Source: Octopus vulgaris
Lineage: Eukaryota
Reading direction: 5' to 3'
DNA: 64,000 nucleotides
Assembly: GCA_951406725.2 (NCBI GenBank)
Contig: OX597822.1
Span: 70,928,001-70,992,000, forward strand
Shown piece after piece: positions 11,646 through 25,195 of this stretch; within the stretch, counting starts at the first letter, position 1; the number at the start of each line of letters is the position of its first letter. Under the pieces are notes generated by a model, which was not told the DNA's origin, ran no database searches, and was given only the letters and a program-made list of their open reading frames with translations. Both the position numbers and the translations under genes were made by a program.

Positions 11646-13783
11646 CAGTCTTTTGAAGACTAGACAATCACTGACCCCTGTACATGCACTATTCTCAGCA
11701 GCTTCTCCTTTATGACACCACCAAAAGCAAACAATATTATCATTAAACATGTGAAAATGTGAGGATCTTTTGAACAATAACTGACGAGGAATAAGCAATG
11801 TCCTGTCTTGTGTGTGAATTTCCATTTGTTCCTTTGTTTTGTTTCTGTTCAAATTTTGGAACTTATTTAATGTAATGCTACACACCCTTCTTATTTATTA
11901 CCCATTCAGTTATATGTGTGTATATATACAATGCATTGTTTCCTTTAGTCTTTGATTCCAAGTTCAAATTTCTAATCCCACCAAATATTATGAAGAAGTC
12001 ATTACCTCCCTTCTGCTAACAATTCACATGAGCACTCCACATGCTATTAATATATTAATTTGAATATAGCAGTAATCTTTAGTCAGAGATCTTTTGTTTC
12101 TATTTTGGAATACATACATGAATTTTAAGTGTTTGAATTAATTAAATGAATATAAGGTTGTGCTAGTTTCTTCATTGATTTTATTGGTTAGCAGCTGGGA
12201 TATTAGAACCAATGGAGTGTGAGACTAACCTCAAATGCAAAAACCACTGAATCAGTGACAAATTATTAGGGTAAAAATATGGCTGGTAAGAAAAAGTTTC
12301 AAAAATGGATAGAAAAATTTGAATAATTACTTTGGTCCAATGGTAGAAAGCCTGTCATGTCTACAGGAGATGTAGATTCATATCCAATGGGAAGCCTTCA
12401 ACTTTTTCTATCCAGAAGGTTTTTACAATCCAATATTTTTATGCTATTATTTATAGCTTTATGTGTGTGTGCTTTGAGAAAAAGAGAATATGTATACACC
12501 GTAGGCTTCAACACAGTTTCCATCTATAAAATTCATTCAAAAGGCATTGGTTGGCCTGAAGCAATAGTAAAAGACACTTGGCCCAAAGTGCCAAGCAGTG
12601 GAACTGACCCTGAAACCATGTGATTTCAAACTGAACTTCTCAACAACACAGCCATGTCTTTTAATTATAAAGTATTTTAGAGGAGTTGAAGAAAGATGTT
12701 GTGGCTTTCATGCTTTGCCAGTAGAGCGTAAATGTGTTGAGATATTTACTGTCAAGATGTCAATAATTCTTAGTCTCAGTGATCAGAGGTAGCAAGAGGA
12801 AAAGTATGCATGGCAGAAAATCTCAAGAGTTTAATTTTTAGGATCTGAAAATGTTCTTGTAATGCTTGTTATAAAATATGCAAACTACAGCTGGAAGCTT
12901 CAACTTTAGGAAGTCATTGTAGGAGGCAGGGTTAGAATAAGAAGAAAGATTGAAGATGAAAGGTAGGGCAAGGTGATCAACAATTCAATGAGATGTGTGA
13001 AGCCTTAGACAGGTCTTTGACATCTGGAATTTGATTCTCAGTCAACATCTTACATAATTAATGATCTCAGAGCTTGATAAATTCCTCTCCATTAGCAGCA
13101 GGACATTAAAAGCAAAATTAATTTTGTTTCAAAGACAGAAGGATCTCTCACTAAGAAAAAGAATAAAACTACAAAATAAAAATAAATAAAAGATATAAAA
13201 AAATGCGAGTTGGTAGGGAGAGATAATCATGATACTGAGAAATCAGTTTTTCTGGGTTATAACCTCCATAGCTTGGCCACAGCCCATTTCAATATGGTGC
13301 TTTGAAGGAGAGATCCAAACAATATTTTCAGATTTTGAGCAAGAAAATCAATATCCAACTTAGGATTTTTCAAGTAGTTTTCATTTATTTATTGATTTGT
13401 TTTATATTATTTTTTTAAAAAACTTTGTGTGATTAACTTCATTAGATTAGTGTGAACACACTGTTCTGAAGTAACACCCTTATCTTAGATTGGACACAGA
13501 ACGAAGGCAAAATAAAAAAAACAAAACAAACAAACAGGTGAAAAAAAGACTGGATGTCTTCAGGTTCATATATTGCTTTTTAATGCAAATTTAGTTTGTA
13601 TAAAATTTCTGCCCTCGAGGTTCCATTCTAATGATAAAACGGTTCCTATTACCAGCCATGGGGTTGATATTTCAAATCCTGATTTTCCTTTTTGGCTTGT
13701 TTGGCTTCAGTATTTTTACACAGGAAGGAAAAATGTTGTGGCATAGCAGAAACAGAATAACATAGAATTAATGTGCCTCTAGT

Positions 13784-14100
13784 AGAGGCATGTGACTTGG
13801 TGGTTAGGGTATTCAACTCAAAATCATAAGGTCATGAGTTCAATTCCCAGCAGTATGCTGTGTCCTTGAGCAAGTTATTTTATTTCACGTTGCTCTAGTC
13901 CACTCAGCTGGCAAAAATGAGTTGTAACTGTATTTCAAAGGGCCAGTTTTGTCACATTCTGTGTCACACTGAATCTCCCTGAGAACTGCATTAAGGGTTC
14001 ACATGTCTGTGGAGCACTCAAGCATTTGCTTGTTAATTTCACGAACAGGTTGTTCCGTTGATTGTATCAACTGGAACCCTTGTTGTTGCAACCAATGGAG
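13784..14100 (+). mobile_element. SINE family C
   Basis: A box tgacttggtggttag, B box gagttcaattccc, gtccttgagcaag core. Other copies at 14358-14520, 18300-18595 and 19965-20245. Confidence 0.85.
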
Positions 14101-14744
14101 GGCCAGGGATTAGTGGAAGCATGAAGTGGTGAGCTGGCAGGATCGTTAGCATGCTGGTCCAAATGCTTAGCAGCACTTCGTCCGTCTTTACATTCTGAGT
14201 TCAAATTCCACTGCCTGTCATCCTTTCGGGGTCTTCACCTTTCATTCTTTCAGGGTTGATAAATTAAGTACCAGTGAAACATTATGGTCGATGATATTGA
14301 CTTACCTCCTCCTCCAAACTTGCTGGCCTTGTGCCAAAATTTGAAACCATTATTAATGGAAGCACGTGGCTTAGTGGTTAGGGTGTTGGACTCATGATTG
14401 TAAGATTGTGGTTTCGATTCCTGGATTGGACAATGTGTTGTGTTCTTGACCAAAGCACTTCATTTCACATTGGCCCAGTCCACTAAGCTGGCAAAGTGAA
14501 TAATCCTGCATTGGGCTAGCATCCCATCCAGAGAAAACAGGAAACTGACCCTATGATGCTTTTGGAGTAATGTGCACTTACCAGTAGTACCATATTTAGA
14601 TCCTAGTGTTCTAAGTTTAAATCTTGCTTTACATATATTTGCTTTACATCCTTTTGAGGTTGATAAAATAAATATTGATCTCATAAGGGAATTTAATTCA
14701 GTTGACTATATTCCAAATTGTTCTTGTGACAAGCCTTCAATTAC

Positions 14745-15075
14745 AAACAAAGGTTCAGTCCATCTGTGCAGCACTTGGGCAAGTATCTGCTACTTTAGCC
14801 CCAGACTGACTAAAGCCTTCTGAACGAATTTGGCTGATGGAAACTGCGAGGAAGCCCACTGTGAGTGTGTGTGTTTGTGATGTGTTTGATACTCGCCAGT
14901 GCTTGATAAACAGTACTGGCTTGTTTATGTCCAGCGTGACTTATTGGTTTTGCAAAATTGGCATAAAATATGTACCAGACTTGGAAATAAGCAATAGGGT
15001 TGTTTGTTTGACTAAACCTGTTGAGGTGGTGCTCCAGTATGGAAGCAGAACAATTACTGAAACAAGTAAAAGATA
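14745..15075 (+). mobile_element. Diverged SINE A
   Basis: B box through tail match family A. Confidence 0.75.
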
Positions 15076-15132
15076 AATAATACCAGTTAAATACTTTATA
15101 GCATTGACCATATTGTGGAGACACGTGGCCTG

Positions 15133-15384
15133 GTGGTACGCTCGAACTAGTTTCAGGATGGTTGTCCCTCGTCAACGGGCGGTAACCACCAGGTAGCGAT
15201 GAAAGTGGAGGCTCCTTTGCAAATAGATATAAGTGATACGCTCGAACATTTTTCGACATCAGTGGCAGACGCCATTAGAAAAACTTATATCTATTTGCAA
15301 AGGAGCCTTCACTTTCATCGCTACCTGGTGGTTACCGCCCGTTGACGAGGGACAACCATCCCGAAACTAGTTCGAGCGTATCAC
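15133..15384. repeat. 102-bp near-perfect inverted repeat with 48-nt loop
   Basis: 15133-15234 vs 15283-15384, 3 mismatches. Confidence 0.95.
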
Positions 15385-15647
15385 TCAGGCTTGCAAGGAA
15401 GGGATGGCCTCCCTTTGCAAATACTCCAAAGACACAGATATTGTGTTTAGAGCCAGCTAGAGACGAAGATCTCTTGGGGCTATAAAGCTACAGTAACATC
15501 CCCTCCCCAATGTGGTTAGCCATGATAAGATGGCTTCTATACTTTACGTTATTGAGCGATTACTGTTTCAATCTCATTCTGAGATTTAATTATGCTATAT
15601 ATATATAACTATCTGTCTATTAATCTACCTACCTACCTACCTACTAC

Positions 15648-15697
<50 letters not shown>

Positions 15698-16232
15698 CTA
15701 TATATCTATCTATCTATCTATCTATCTAGTTATCTATCTGTCTGTCTGTCTCTCTATTTATCTATGTGTTTTTATCTCCTGCCTCATCACTTGACAACCA
15801 GTAATGGTTTGTTTATATTCCCATAACTTATCGGTTTAACAAAAAGAGACTTGTAGAATAAATAACAGACTTAAAAATAAGTACTGGGGTTAATTTGTTT
15901 AATTAAACTCTTCAAGGCTGTGCCCCAGGATGACTGCAGTCCAATGACTGTGACATTTAAAAAATAAACAAACAAGAATTAAAAAAAAAAAGAAACTTAT
16001 GGAAATTGAAAATAATGATAGAGTGCATTGTGAAGACTTCTTGGTGTTCTACCAACTCATTGACTCCTTAAATGGACATGATTATTCATGCAGTCCTCAA
16101 AATTGCGACCAATTGTTCTTTGGAAACAATGATTTCTGGATTTTGTTGGTTCCCAATTCCCAATTTTCTTCTTTATTTCTCCTGCTTTTAATATAACTCT
16201 TGTATTTTGTCCCTCCATATATTATGGCTTAA

Positions 16233-16453
16233 CCCTTTAGTGCTTAAACTGGCCAAATCCGGCCCAATATATTCTACATATTTTATATTCAAACTGGCCA
16301 TATCTAGCCTCTCACACCTAACCTACATTGACACTCTAAAAATAAACAATCATATCATTGAAACCTCAAAGCTATAAGATAATGCATGATTAATTCAAAA
16401 CAATTTAAATAAAAAAGCATTACATTTAACAGAGTAATCTGAACACTAAAGGG
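16233..16453. mobile_element. piggyBac-like MITE
   Basis: TTAA|ccctttagtg...cactaaaggg|TTAA. Second copy at 26774-26985. Confidence 0.8.
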
Positions 16454-17289
16454 TTAAACATGTAGGCAGATGTACAAAGCATTGTCCTTGGTCTTAAATG
16501 TCAGACACACACTTCTGTACACTCTACATTCATCCATTGAGTACATATCATACTATACATGGTGTTTGTCACTTATAATTGTTAAAGTAAAATGCCTGTG
16601 TTTACAAACATATTTGTAAACATTGCGCAGGTTTTCTGATAACTGCATCTATGAGTGTGGATATGGAAACTCTTCCCATTTGTCAAAAAGTAGTGGCATA
16701 TCACTTTCCCCCTTGCCCTCTCTTTAATGATATTGTCAGGAAAGGAGGTACAATCCTTTGTAACATACCTCCAACATTTTGTTTCTTTTTACTGAGAGCT
16801 GATCCATGATCAATATTTCATTCTGAAAACTTTGTTTTCAAAGTTTCTGTTTTCACTATTTGTGCTTATTAAAGTATGAATGTCTGTGTTTATAAACATG
16901 TCTATCTGTACAACCATTCTTTTTCCTCTGTTACTACTTTTTTTAAAAACCTGTTTTTTTATTCATTTAAAAAAATATTTATCTACTTTTTTTTATCTCA
17001 AAATATTTTTGTGCTATTATTTTTGTGGCTAGTATTTCTTTCTGCTTCTCTGATGTGGCCATCTTGAATACTAGCAAACAAATGTTTGTACAAATATCAA
17101 AAATAAAATAATATTCAAGGAGAAACCTTGTTTTATCATCCCCAGAGTAATGAGATGGACGCACAAATGTTCTAAAGCCCTTTTGTTGGCAAAAGAATTA
17201 TAAAAAAAAAATACCCTTTCCATCAAATCAAACATTGTAAAATCAAATTTTCATGGCTTTGTTAAAAATGTCCATTCATCACAAGGCAG

Positions 17290-17338
17290 AACAACAACAA
17301 GGACAATGACAATGACAACAACAACAACAACAATAATA

Positions 17339-17373
<35 letters not shown>

Positions 17374-17376
17374 AGC

Positions 17377-17422
<46 letters not shown>

Positions 17423-17433
17423 GCAATAATAGC

Positions 17434-17482
<49 letters not shown>

Positions 17483-17493
17483 GCAATAATAGC

Positions 17494-17529
<36 letters not shown>

Positions 17530-17530
17530 T
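17290..17530. repeat. Compound (ACA)/(GAT)/(AAT) microsatellite with 60-bp higher-order period
   Basis: 17401-17460 and 17461-17520 are identical. Confidence 0.95.
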
Positions 17531-20500
17531 ATTATCTTTCCTTTATTATTGCTACCAGTTCCCATTCAATTATTCAATAAAAATGTGTACAGTGGTAATA
17601 CAAAATATTTGGGGATAACTAACAAAGCAAAATAAAAATGAATGAGGTGGGTATACAATATGCTGAGATGTATAACATTTATTTAAATTACACAAAATAA
17701 TTAAATCAATATATATATATATATACACAGATATAACAAAAAAAAAGGTATATGATTTAATGAGACAAACTTCATGAACGAGACCATTCTGAATGAGATC
17801 CACAACTTCATCCAGGTACTGAAACTCGTTCTGAAAGTGCTCATCAATGGTTCAAATGGTGGAGCAAGCAAGAAATGACATGATTTTGTTGTGATTTAAA
17901 TACAGTCATCTATAGCCAATAAAGGTAATTTTCACAGGTATTCTGTATTTTGCATGCTTCTCATAATTCAATTCCATCACCTTGCAGATTTGTGATGACT
18001 GGCGAGCAGTGAAAATAATTAACATTTTGTTTGTTTCATTCATGTTCACCTCCAGTCCATTTTTTACCTTTTGGAGGAATCTTTTTATTTTCATTTGGAA
18101 TAAATGCTTTGTGGTATTTGTTTTGGCTCTTTGCATTCTGAGTTCAAATCCCATTAATATCATCTCTACCTTTCATTCTCTCGGGGTCACTGAAATAAAG
18201 TACCAATCATGTGTGAGACCTGATGGTATTGACCAACCCCATTCCTTCAAAATTACCAGTTTTGAGTCTAAATTAACTGACACTTCATTGGTCCCGATGA
18301 GAAGAGTTCCAGTTGATTCGATCAACAGAACAGCTTGCTCGTGAAATTAATATGCAAGTGGCTGAGCACCCCACAGACACATGTACCTTTAATGTAGTTC
18401 TCAGGGAGAGTCAGCATGACACCGAATGTGACAAGGCCCTTTGAAATACAGGTTCTACTCATTTCTGCCAGTTGAATGGACTGGAACAACATGAAATAAA
18501 GTATCTTGCTCAAGGACCCAATACATTCCCAGGAATTGAACTCATAACCTCATTATCATGGGCCGAATACCCCTAACCACTAAGCTACATGCTTCCTAAG
18601 TTTAAATTAGAATTGTTCATTATCATTAATACTTGCCTTTTCTACAGTTCTTGATAGTTTCTCTTCTCTGTTCTTGGTTGAATTCCTTCTCTCTGCCAAA
18701 AGAGGACAGGATTGCTTTATAGGGAGAAGGTTCATTGAATTCTTGGTTGTCTGTTTCTTGGTCTTTGGTTTTGTTGGTTCCATAGTTTCTTCATTGACTC
18801 ATGACAATTACGTTATTTCATGTATTGGTTATGGTTGCCTGCATTGGATCTTTTGGTAGCATGAGAAAATATCCTGTCTTTTGAGGTAAAGAGATAACTT
18901 AATATTCTCTTTCTTGCTGTTACATAAAGGACTGCCGTATTGATGCACTTACCCCTGTCACACAGCTCTAGTGAGCAGACACTTTCTCTCCCAGATTAAT
19001 TCATATTGAGTGCCAATCTTTGCGGTTGCTCCAGGAAAAGAAGAAAAGCTGGAAACATGCTTCCTGTTTCTAAATTTTGAATTTCTGTCCATTCTCATAA
19101 AAAAAAAAATGGGTGTCCAAGCCATCACTTGGTGAAACACATACGTATTATGGTTGTTGGTTAAAGAGCTTGTGTGTTCATATTGTTGTTGCTGTAATCG
19201 ATGTCATTGCTGTGTTCTGAAGGAAGCCTTTTCAATGACAGCGTTTTCTATAAAAAGAAAAAAATAATAAAATTATAATTTTTTCCTCTTGGTCAAATGT
19301 TTACATTTTGCTGTGTGACTAAAGTGACTTTTTTCATGCTTTCCATGCATATTTAATCAAATTTTTGGAGAGCCATTTTAATGATGAATGCAAATAATGA
19401 GTAATGTTTAAAAGTTTTAAAATAGCTAATCTTTTTTTCTTTTTTTTTCTTTTATCTCTGTATGGCAAAGAAGCCCTGGAATGATCCAGAAGAGGTCTCT
19501 GATGGAGATATTTTAAAAGAACTATTTCTGTCTTCAGTTATGCTATAAAAAATAAAATTCTATAGAACAAATGACACATTTTTACATGTAGGGTATAATA
19601 AATAATGACTTGGTCGGCTTCGACCCAAAGCAAGTCCTGACAATCAAATGGAAATGAATGCAGGAGGTAATGTAGATATTTATTACCACAGCCCAACCTT
19701 ATAAGGACAGGTTCCTTTCATATCTTTATTGGATGAGACCAGCAAATCTTCTTTTATCATCATCCCATTCACTATTCACATGGAAGTCTGAATTGAGCCA
19801 GGCTCCCCACACCAAAATAGAACATCTATCCAGTGTCAAGTGATATTGACATTGGCTACTATGGTTTTGCCTCTCATGGCAAAAGCCCATCAACTTGTTA
19901 CAATTAATAATTGCTTCTTTTACAAATTTGTACCCGTTTAACTAGCACTCTGTCATAATGGTGCATGTTCCAGTTGATCCAATCAAAAGAACAGCCAGCT
20001 CATGAAATTAATAAGTAGCTGAGCACTCCACAGACACATGTACCTTTCATAGTTCCCAGGGAGATTCATCATGACACAGCGTGTGACAAGGTTGGTCCTT
20101 TGAAATACAGGTACTTCTCATTTTTGTCAGCTGAGTGGACTGGAACAACATGAAATAAAGTGCCTTGCTTAAGGACATAATGCACTGCTGGGTAACAAAT
20201 TCATGACGTTATGATAGTGAGCTAAACATGATAACCACTGAACCACTAAGCTATTGATTTCCAATACTTCATATGACCTCATATGCAGACTCATCTCTCT
20301 TGTATTCCAGCTCATATGGGATGTCTCTCAACACCTCCAGCTCTGCAACAATTCACAAAAAGCAATAAAAGAAGACAGACAAGCTTGTCCAAGCAAAAGC
20401 ACTATCGGTGGCCATTTAATACGAGAAGAGAGTATATGCTGTTGTACAATCCAATAATCTTGTCTTTGAATAAAGGAAAGAAATCAACTCTTTCGGACTT

Positions 20501-20799
20501 CTTGACTGAAGCTTACATCTAATAAGTTCATTGTATAACGTTCTTTCCCACAACTCTGTTTTATATCATTCTGTCTTGTCCATCCCAACATGCTTTATTT
20601 GTATGCAATTATTTGTGTGTATCCACCCTTAAAGCCTATAAAGAACCATGCCTCCATCATAAGTAGATGCAGCTTCTTTTGGGGTTTTTTATCTTTTAAA
20701 GCTGTTTTGTTTCTTGTTTATTTATTTTTTCTAAATCCATCTCCTTCAAACACTCATACATCAAAATCAACAGGAGCGACCACCACTACCACCACCACC

Positions 20800-21340
20800 A
20801 CAGCTTGGTAGTATAATGCTCTTGGTCTCTTTTTTTAGTGTTCCTTTCATCAGCCAATCCCACCTATTTTTCCAGCAACTTCTGTTGTGACTACATGGAA
20901 TTGACTGTGTAGACCCTTGTTGCATAATTCTTCTTCATGTCCTTTCTGTACTTTGTTTGTTTTTTCCTTTTTCTCTGCTCTCAATACCCCCTCATTCCTA
21001 TCTGTCCCTAGCAAAGTTTCCTTACCTTGGGCTAGGCATCTCATTAAGCTCTCGAGTTCGATACACATGCAGTCTTCCACACTTATCAGTCCTCTTCCTC
21101 CACTTGCTCTCTTCATGTATAGGCGATCAGTGTCTGCATGTGGATCGTTAGGAGCTTTCTTGACCTCCTATCCATCTCCTTTAGCTCCTTCTTTGTCCAC
21201 TTCAGGATTCCAGCACCATACTGAACTACTTTGAATGCACTTGAGTTTATTACCAAAATTATGTTTCTGGCATTCAGCTTTGAAGCCAATACTTTTCGCA
21301 CATCCTGCAGGTACTCTCTTATATTTTTATCAGTTGCTGC
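20800..21340 (-). mobile_element. R4/Dong-clade non-LTR retrotransposon fragment
   Basis: VRKVLASKLNARNII..IN..YGAGILKWTKKELKEMDRRSRKLL, KRASGGRGLISVED, GLHSQF and WDWLMKGTLKKET match the R4 post-RT region. Confidence 0.75.
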
Positions 21341-21401
21341 AAGTATTATTATTATTATTATTATCATCATTGTTAGGTGCATCATTGTTATCATCATTGT
21401 G

Positions 21402-21731
21402 AAGGTGCATGGCTCAGTAGTTAGAGTGTTGAGCTTACAATCATGAGGTTGTGAGATCGAATCCCAGACCAGGCTGCATGTTGTGTTCTTGAGCAAGACG
21501 CTATATTTCACGTTGCTCCAGTTCACTCAGCTGTAGAAATGAGTTGCGATGTCACAGGTGCCAAGCTGTATCGGCCTTTGTTTTTCCCTTGAATAAAATC
21601 GGTGGCTGGAAGAGGGGAGGCTAGTATGCATGGGTGACTGCTGGTCTTCCATAAACAACCTTTCCTGGACTTGTGCCTGGGAGGGTAACTTTCTAGGTGC
21701 AATACCATGGTCATTCATGATTGAAGGGGGT
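21402..21731 (+). mobile_element. SINE family C, alternative-tail variant
   Basis: Same head and core as SINE C with a different 3' half. Second copy at ~41920-42190. Confidence 0.8.
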
Positions 21732-22259
21732 CAAGGCACAGCATCATTGTTAGAATGCTGGACAAAATGCTTAGTGGTATTTCATCTGTCTTTATGTTCC
21801 GAGTTCAAGTTCCACTGAGGTCTTCTTTAGCTTTCATCCTTTCAGCTGGGTTTCATGTAATTGACTAACCCTTCCCACCAAATGTTAGGCCTTGTGCTTA
21901 TCGAAGTAAGGATTATTGTTGTTGTGTTTGTATCAATCAGATATATTAGACCTAGGGATTTACTAGGAAAAAATTAGGTGGAAAAATATTCTATTTATTT
22001 CAGAATTTCTACTTAGAAAGGTAATTAATTACTGCTTGCATCGTTTTCCTCCATTTGGGGAAAAGAATTTTTAAACTTGCAAAAAAAAAATATACAAAAA
22101 CAAACAAACAAAAAGTGATCGTCTTCATTTGTCAACGATTTGGCTTCTTTAAATGAGAATGCTCCCAACATTTTGAACCAGAATGAAAATATCTTTAGAG
22201 ACATTAAATAACAAAAAAAAAAAACCTAAAAACCCCGCAAAAATGAAAGAAAAGGATTG

Positions 22260-22364
22260 AACAAAAACATTCTGCAATAAAGTACATGTATTTTGGGGCG
22301 AGGAAATAGTGACATTTCTGTTGATGGCAACATTAGTGAAAACATTTCTATCGACAAGTATGGC

Positions 22365-22398
<34 letters not shown>

Positions 22399-23801
22399 GC
22401 AGCAGCAAAAAAACAACACTTGCACATTCATTTTTTGCTGAATGAGAAGATTAGTTGCAATGGATGCAGTTTGACTGACATCATTGGAAACAGGCAATTT
22501 TTGGACATAAATTGAATACAATCAGGAAAGTAAATGTGGCAGCAGTGTGTTACAAAAGCATGTGTCTACTTGCTTGAAGTTATTCAAACACAAACAAGGA
22601 GAGAAGTGGTATCTCAAAAAGCAGAAGGATGTTCAGTGTGCTCTCAAAAGAGCAACTAATGAAGGCTTTGGCTGATAGATGTTGTAGTGTGGTTTTTATC
22701 CATTGGAGTTAGGCATATGGAAGTGTCTGCGAAAAATTGTAAGCTGTAACTGTGATACGACTGATAGTTTGCTCTCTGAACCTTATGTATACATGCCATA
22801 TAGGTTTGCTGGCATTTTGTTCGATGTGTATTGCAACTGAAAGCAGAACAAAGGAATTCATGTTTTGGCAACTGGAGAGTTGTAACAGTACTAAGAAGAA
22901 TGCATACACTGGGTGAGGTCTTATCTGTTAAATGCAAATTATGAGATTTTGGCTACAATAGTAGCAAACTGGTTGGTGTTTGTTGAATATTCCAGAAAGA
23001 GCAGACCTCTGTGATCCCGAGGAGTTTTATTCCAGACAATCTCCACCTGACGAGATATACTATGGAGAGGACGGTTTATAAATTTGGTTTCAGTATGTCT
23101 CAGATACACATGGTCTAATACAAAACTTTTGATAAGATACTTAGTGGTGGTGTTCAGTGTAGGCAATTTTGGTACTGTTTTCAGAGGCTGGTTTACAGCA
23201 GAACCTGTTTGATGGCCAGCCTAAACAAGCATCAATCAGAACCATTCCAAATCAAGATGCTTGTTCCATTCAAGGTGTCAAAGGTGTCATATCTCTTCTT
23301 TGCTATATGTAAAAACTTTATTGCATGTGACTGGGGCGGTGGGGGCGCACACATGAATTTGTATTCCCACTGAAACCCCAAACATGAACTCGACACCTGA
23401 ACAACAAATGATGACTCCAGCTATGGCATCTGTGCTGTCCAATGCATTTGCTCTCCCAGTGGAGCGTTTGTCAAAATTGCAAGCTAGATTTTTTAGGATG
23501 AAAGTGGAAGCATTACTTTGTCTGTTGGAACGTAAGGCCCAACTGTTAGATGTGGTTAGCATTTGTGATGGATGTGGTGGACTCGTTAGTCAGGACCAGC
23601 TCAACCCACCCCAGATAAATTCCACTGTGAGTACTAGGAAGTAAAAACTTCAGAGTCACAGCTGCAAAATTGAAGGCATTGAGGGACATCCTGTTCAAAC
23701 TGGCATACAAAAGAGCCATGTTAGCATATTCAGGCACATCTATGACTACACAGGTGTAGTGTTTCCAAGAATACACACTGGATGGTGTAGCCTTAGGTAG
23801 A
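22260..23801 (-). pseudogene. Possible decayed large exon encoding PKD-type repeats (polycystin-1-like)
   Basis: Acceptor tttttatttttattctggacacAG before 23801. Frame-broken peptides resemble PKD strands (HVY..ITVTAYNFS, VSNDVS..LLIQ, SGIY..VELVLTN) and carry many N-x-S/T sequons. Many stops and frameshifts. Confidence 0.4.
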
Positions 23802-24308
23802 CTGTGTCCAGAATAAAAATAAAAATGGGAATGTCACAGAAAGTACTAGCAATAGTCAATGTGTTCTTTCTTTTTTAAAAAAAGTAGTTAAATTATGATC
23901 TGAGGAAAAATTAGTCAGCTATTTCAAGCAACCAAGTGACCCTTTTGGGGTCTCCCTGATTTGACTTTGTTGTTTTGCTAAACATTTCTAGACAGTTTAA
24001 TCAAGATAGAGTGTCGAGAGTAGGAAAGGTGAAGGAGAAAAAGTGAAGGAGGTTCGTGTAAGATTGAAGATTAATCACTAATCAACAAGATCGAAGTTTA
24101 AATCACAAATGAGCAAGATCACCTGGTTCCATTGTGGGAAATGTTTTTAATGCACCTGCATTCTGGAGAGAAAAGATTTTTTTTTTCTTAAATGTATTCT
24201 TTAATTGGAAAAAGTAAAAAAAAAAAAAAAAAGGTCTTTTTAATTTTTGTTCTTAAACAGTAATAAATAATTAGCTGCCTGATAATTGACCAGAAGAGAT
24301 AAAGAGGC

Positions 24309-24351
<43 letters not shown>

Positions 24352-24602
24352 ATGATGCATTCAGTGACACTGACTAACCTTGTCTTTTATGATTTTATCT
24401 TCTCAGTCTTCAATGTTCTACTAAATCAATCCCTTCAAGTTGCAAATGTATATTTATATACACATACATACATGTATGTGCACACTTGTGTCACTGTGTG
24501 CGTGTCTCCCTCTCTCTACATATGTATATGTCATGTATATGTATACACGCACACACAGACACATGCATACACACATATATGTACACAAATATATATGTAT
24601 GT

Positions 24603-24965
24603 ATCATCATCATCATCATCATCTTCATCGTTTAACGTCTGTTTTCCATGCTAGCATGGGTTGGACGATTCGACCGGGATCTGGGAAGCCAGGAGGCTGC
24701 ATCAGGCTCCAGTCTGATCCGGCAGTGTTTCTACAGCTGGATACCCTTCCTAACGCCAACCACTCAGTGAATGTAGAAGGTGCTTTTTACATGCCACCGG
24801 CACAGGGGCCAGAGGAGGCTGGCAATGGACACGATCAGTTGGTGCTTTTTACATGTCACCGGCACTGAAGCCAGTCAAGGTGGCGCTGGCATCGGCAACG
24901 TTCGGATGGTGCTTTTTACATGCCACCAGCACGGGTGTCACAACTACAATTTCCATTTGATTTTT
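24603..24965 (-). mobile_element. RTE LINE 3' end, about 3 tandem units
   Basis: (cat)n followed by the reverse complement of the RTE tail. Confidence 0.85.
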
Positions 24966-24994
24966 ATTTTGATGTATATCTATATATATATATA

Positions 24995-25195
24995 TATTTC
25001 GTTTTTGCATTTGGTTTGTGAATTTATTGTGTCTGGGGCGAGTCATTCTGTTTTAATGCCTTATTAATTAATACACTCACTGATTCAATTTCCACTCATT
25101 TACTTACTCATTCTTTTTAAAATTTTCGTTGCTTCTTGCAACCTCTTCAATAGTAGTTGTTGACTCTGTCAGTGATTATTGAAGAGGGGGCAAAA
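24995..25195 (-). repeat. Dispersed repeat with hammerhead-like motif (probably Penelope-derived)
   Basis: Shared with 59980-60152. Minus strand reads cta-TTGAAGA-g-gttgc aagaa gcaac-GAAA-atttt. Confidence 0.55.

Noticed and set aside
17251-17635. Poly-Ile/Leu/Met ORFs
   Set aside because: Trinucleotide microsatellite.
17852-17908. Selenocysteine reading of the in-frame TGAs
   Set aside because: No SECIS identified, no selenoprotein-like context, and neighbouring fragments contain TAA/TAG stops and frameshifts.
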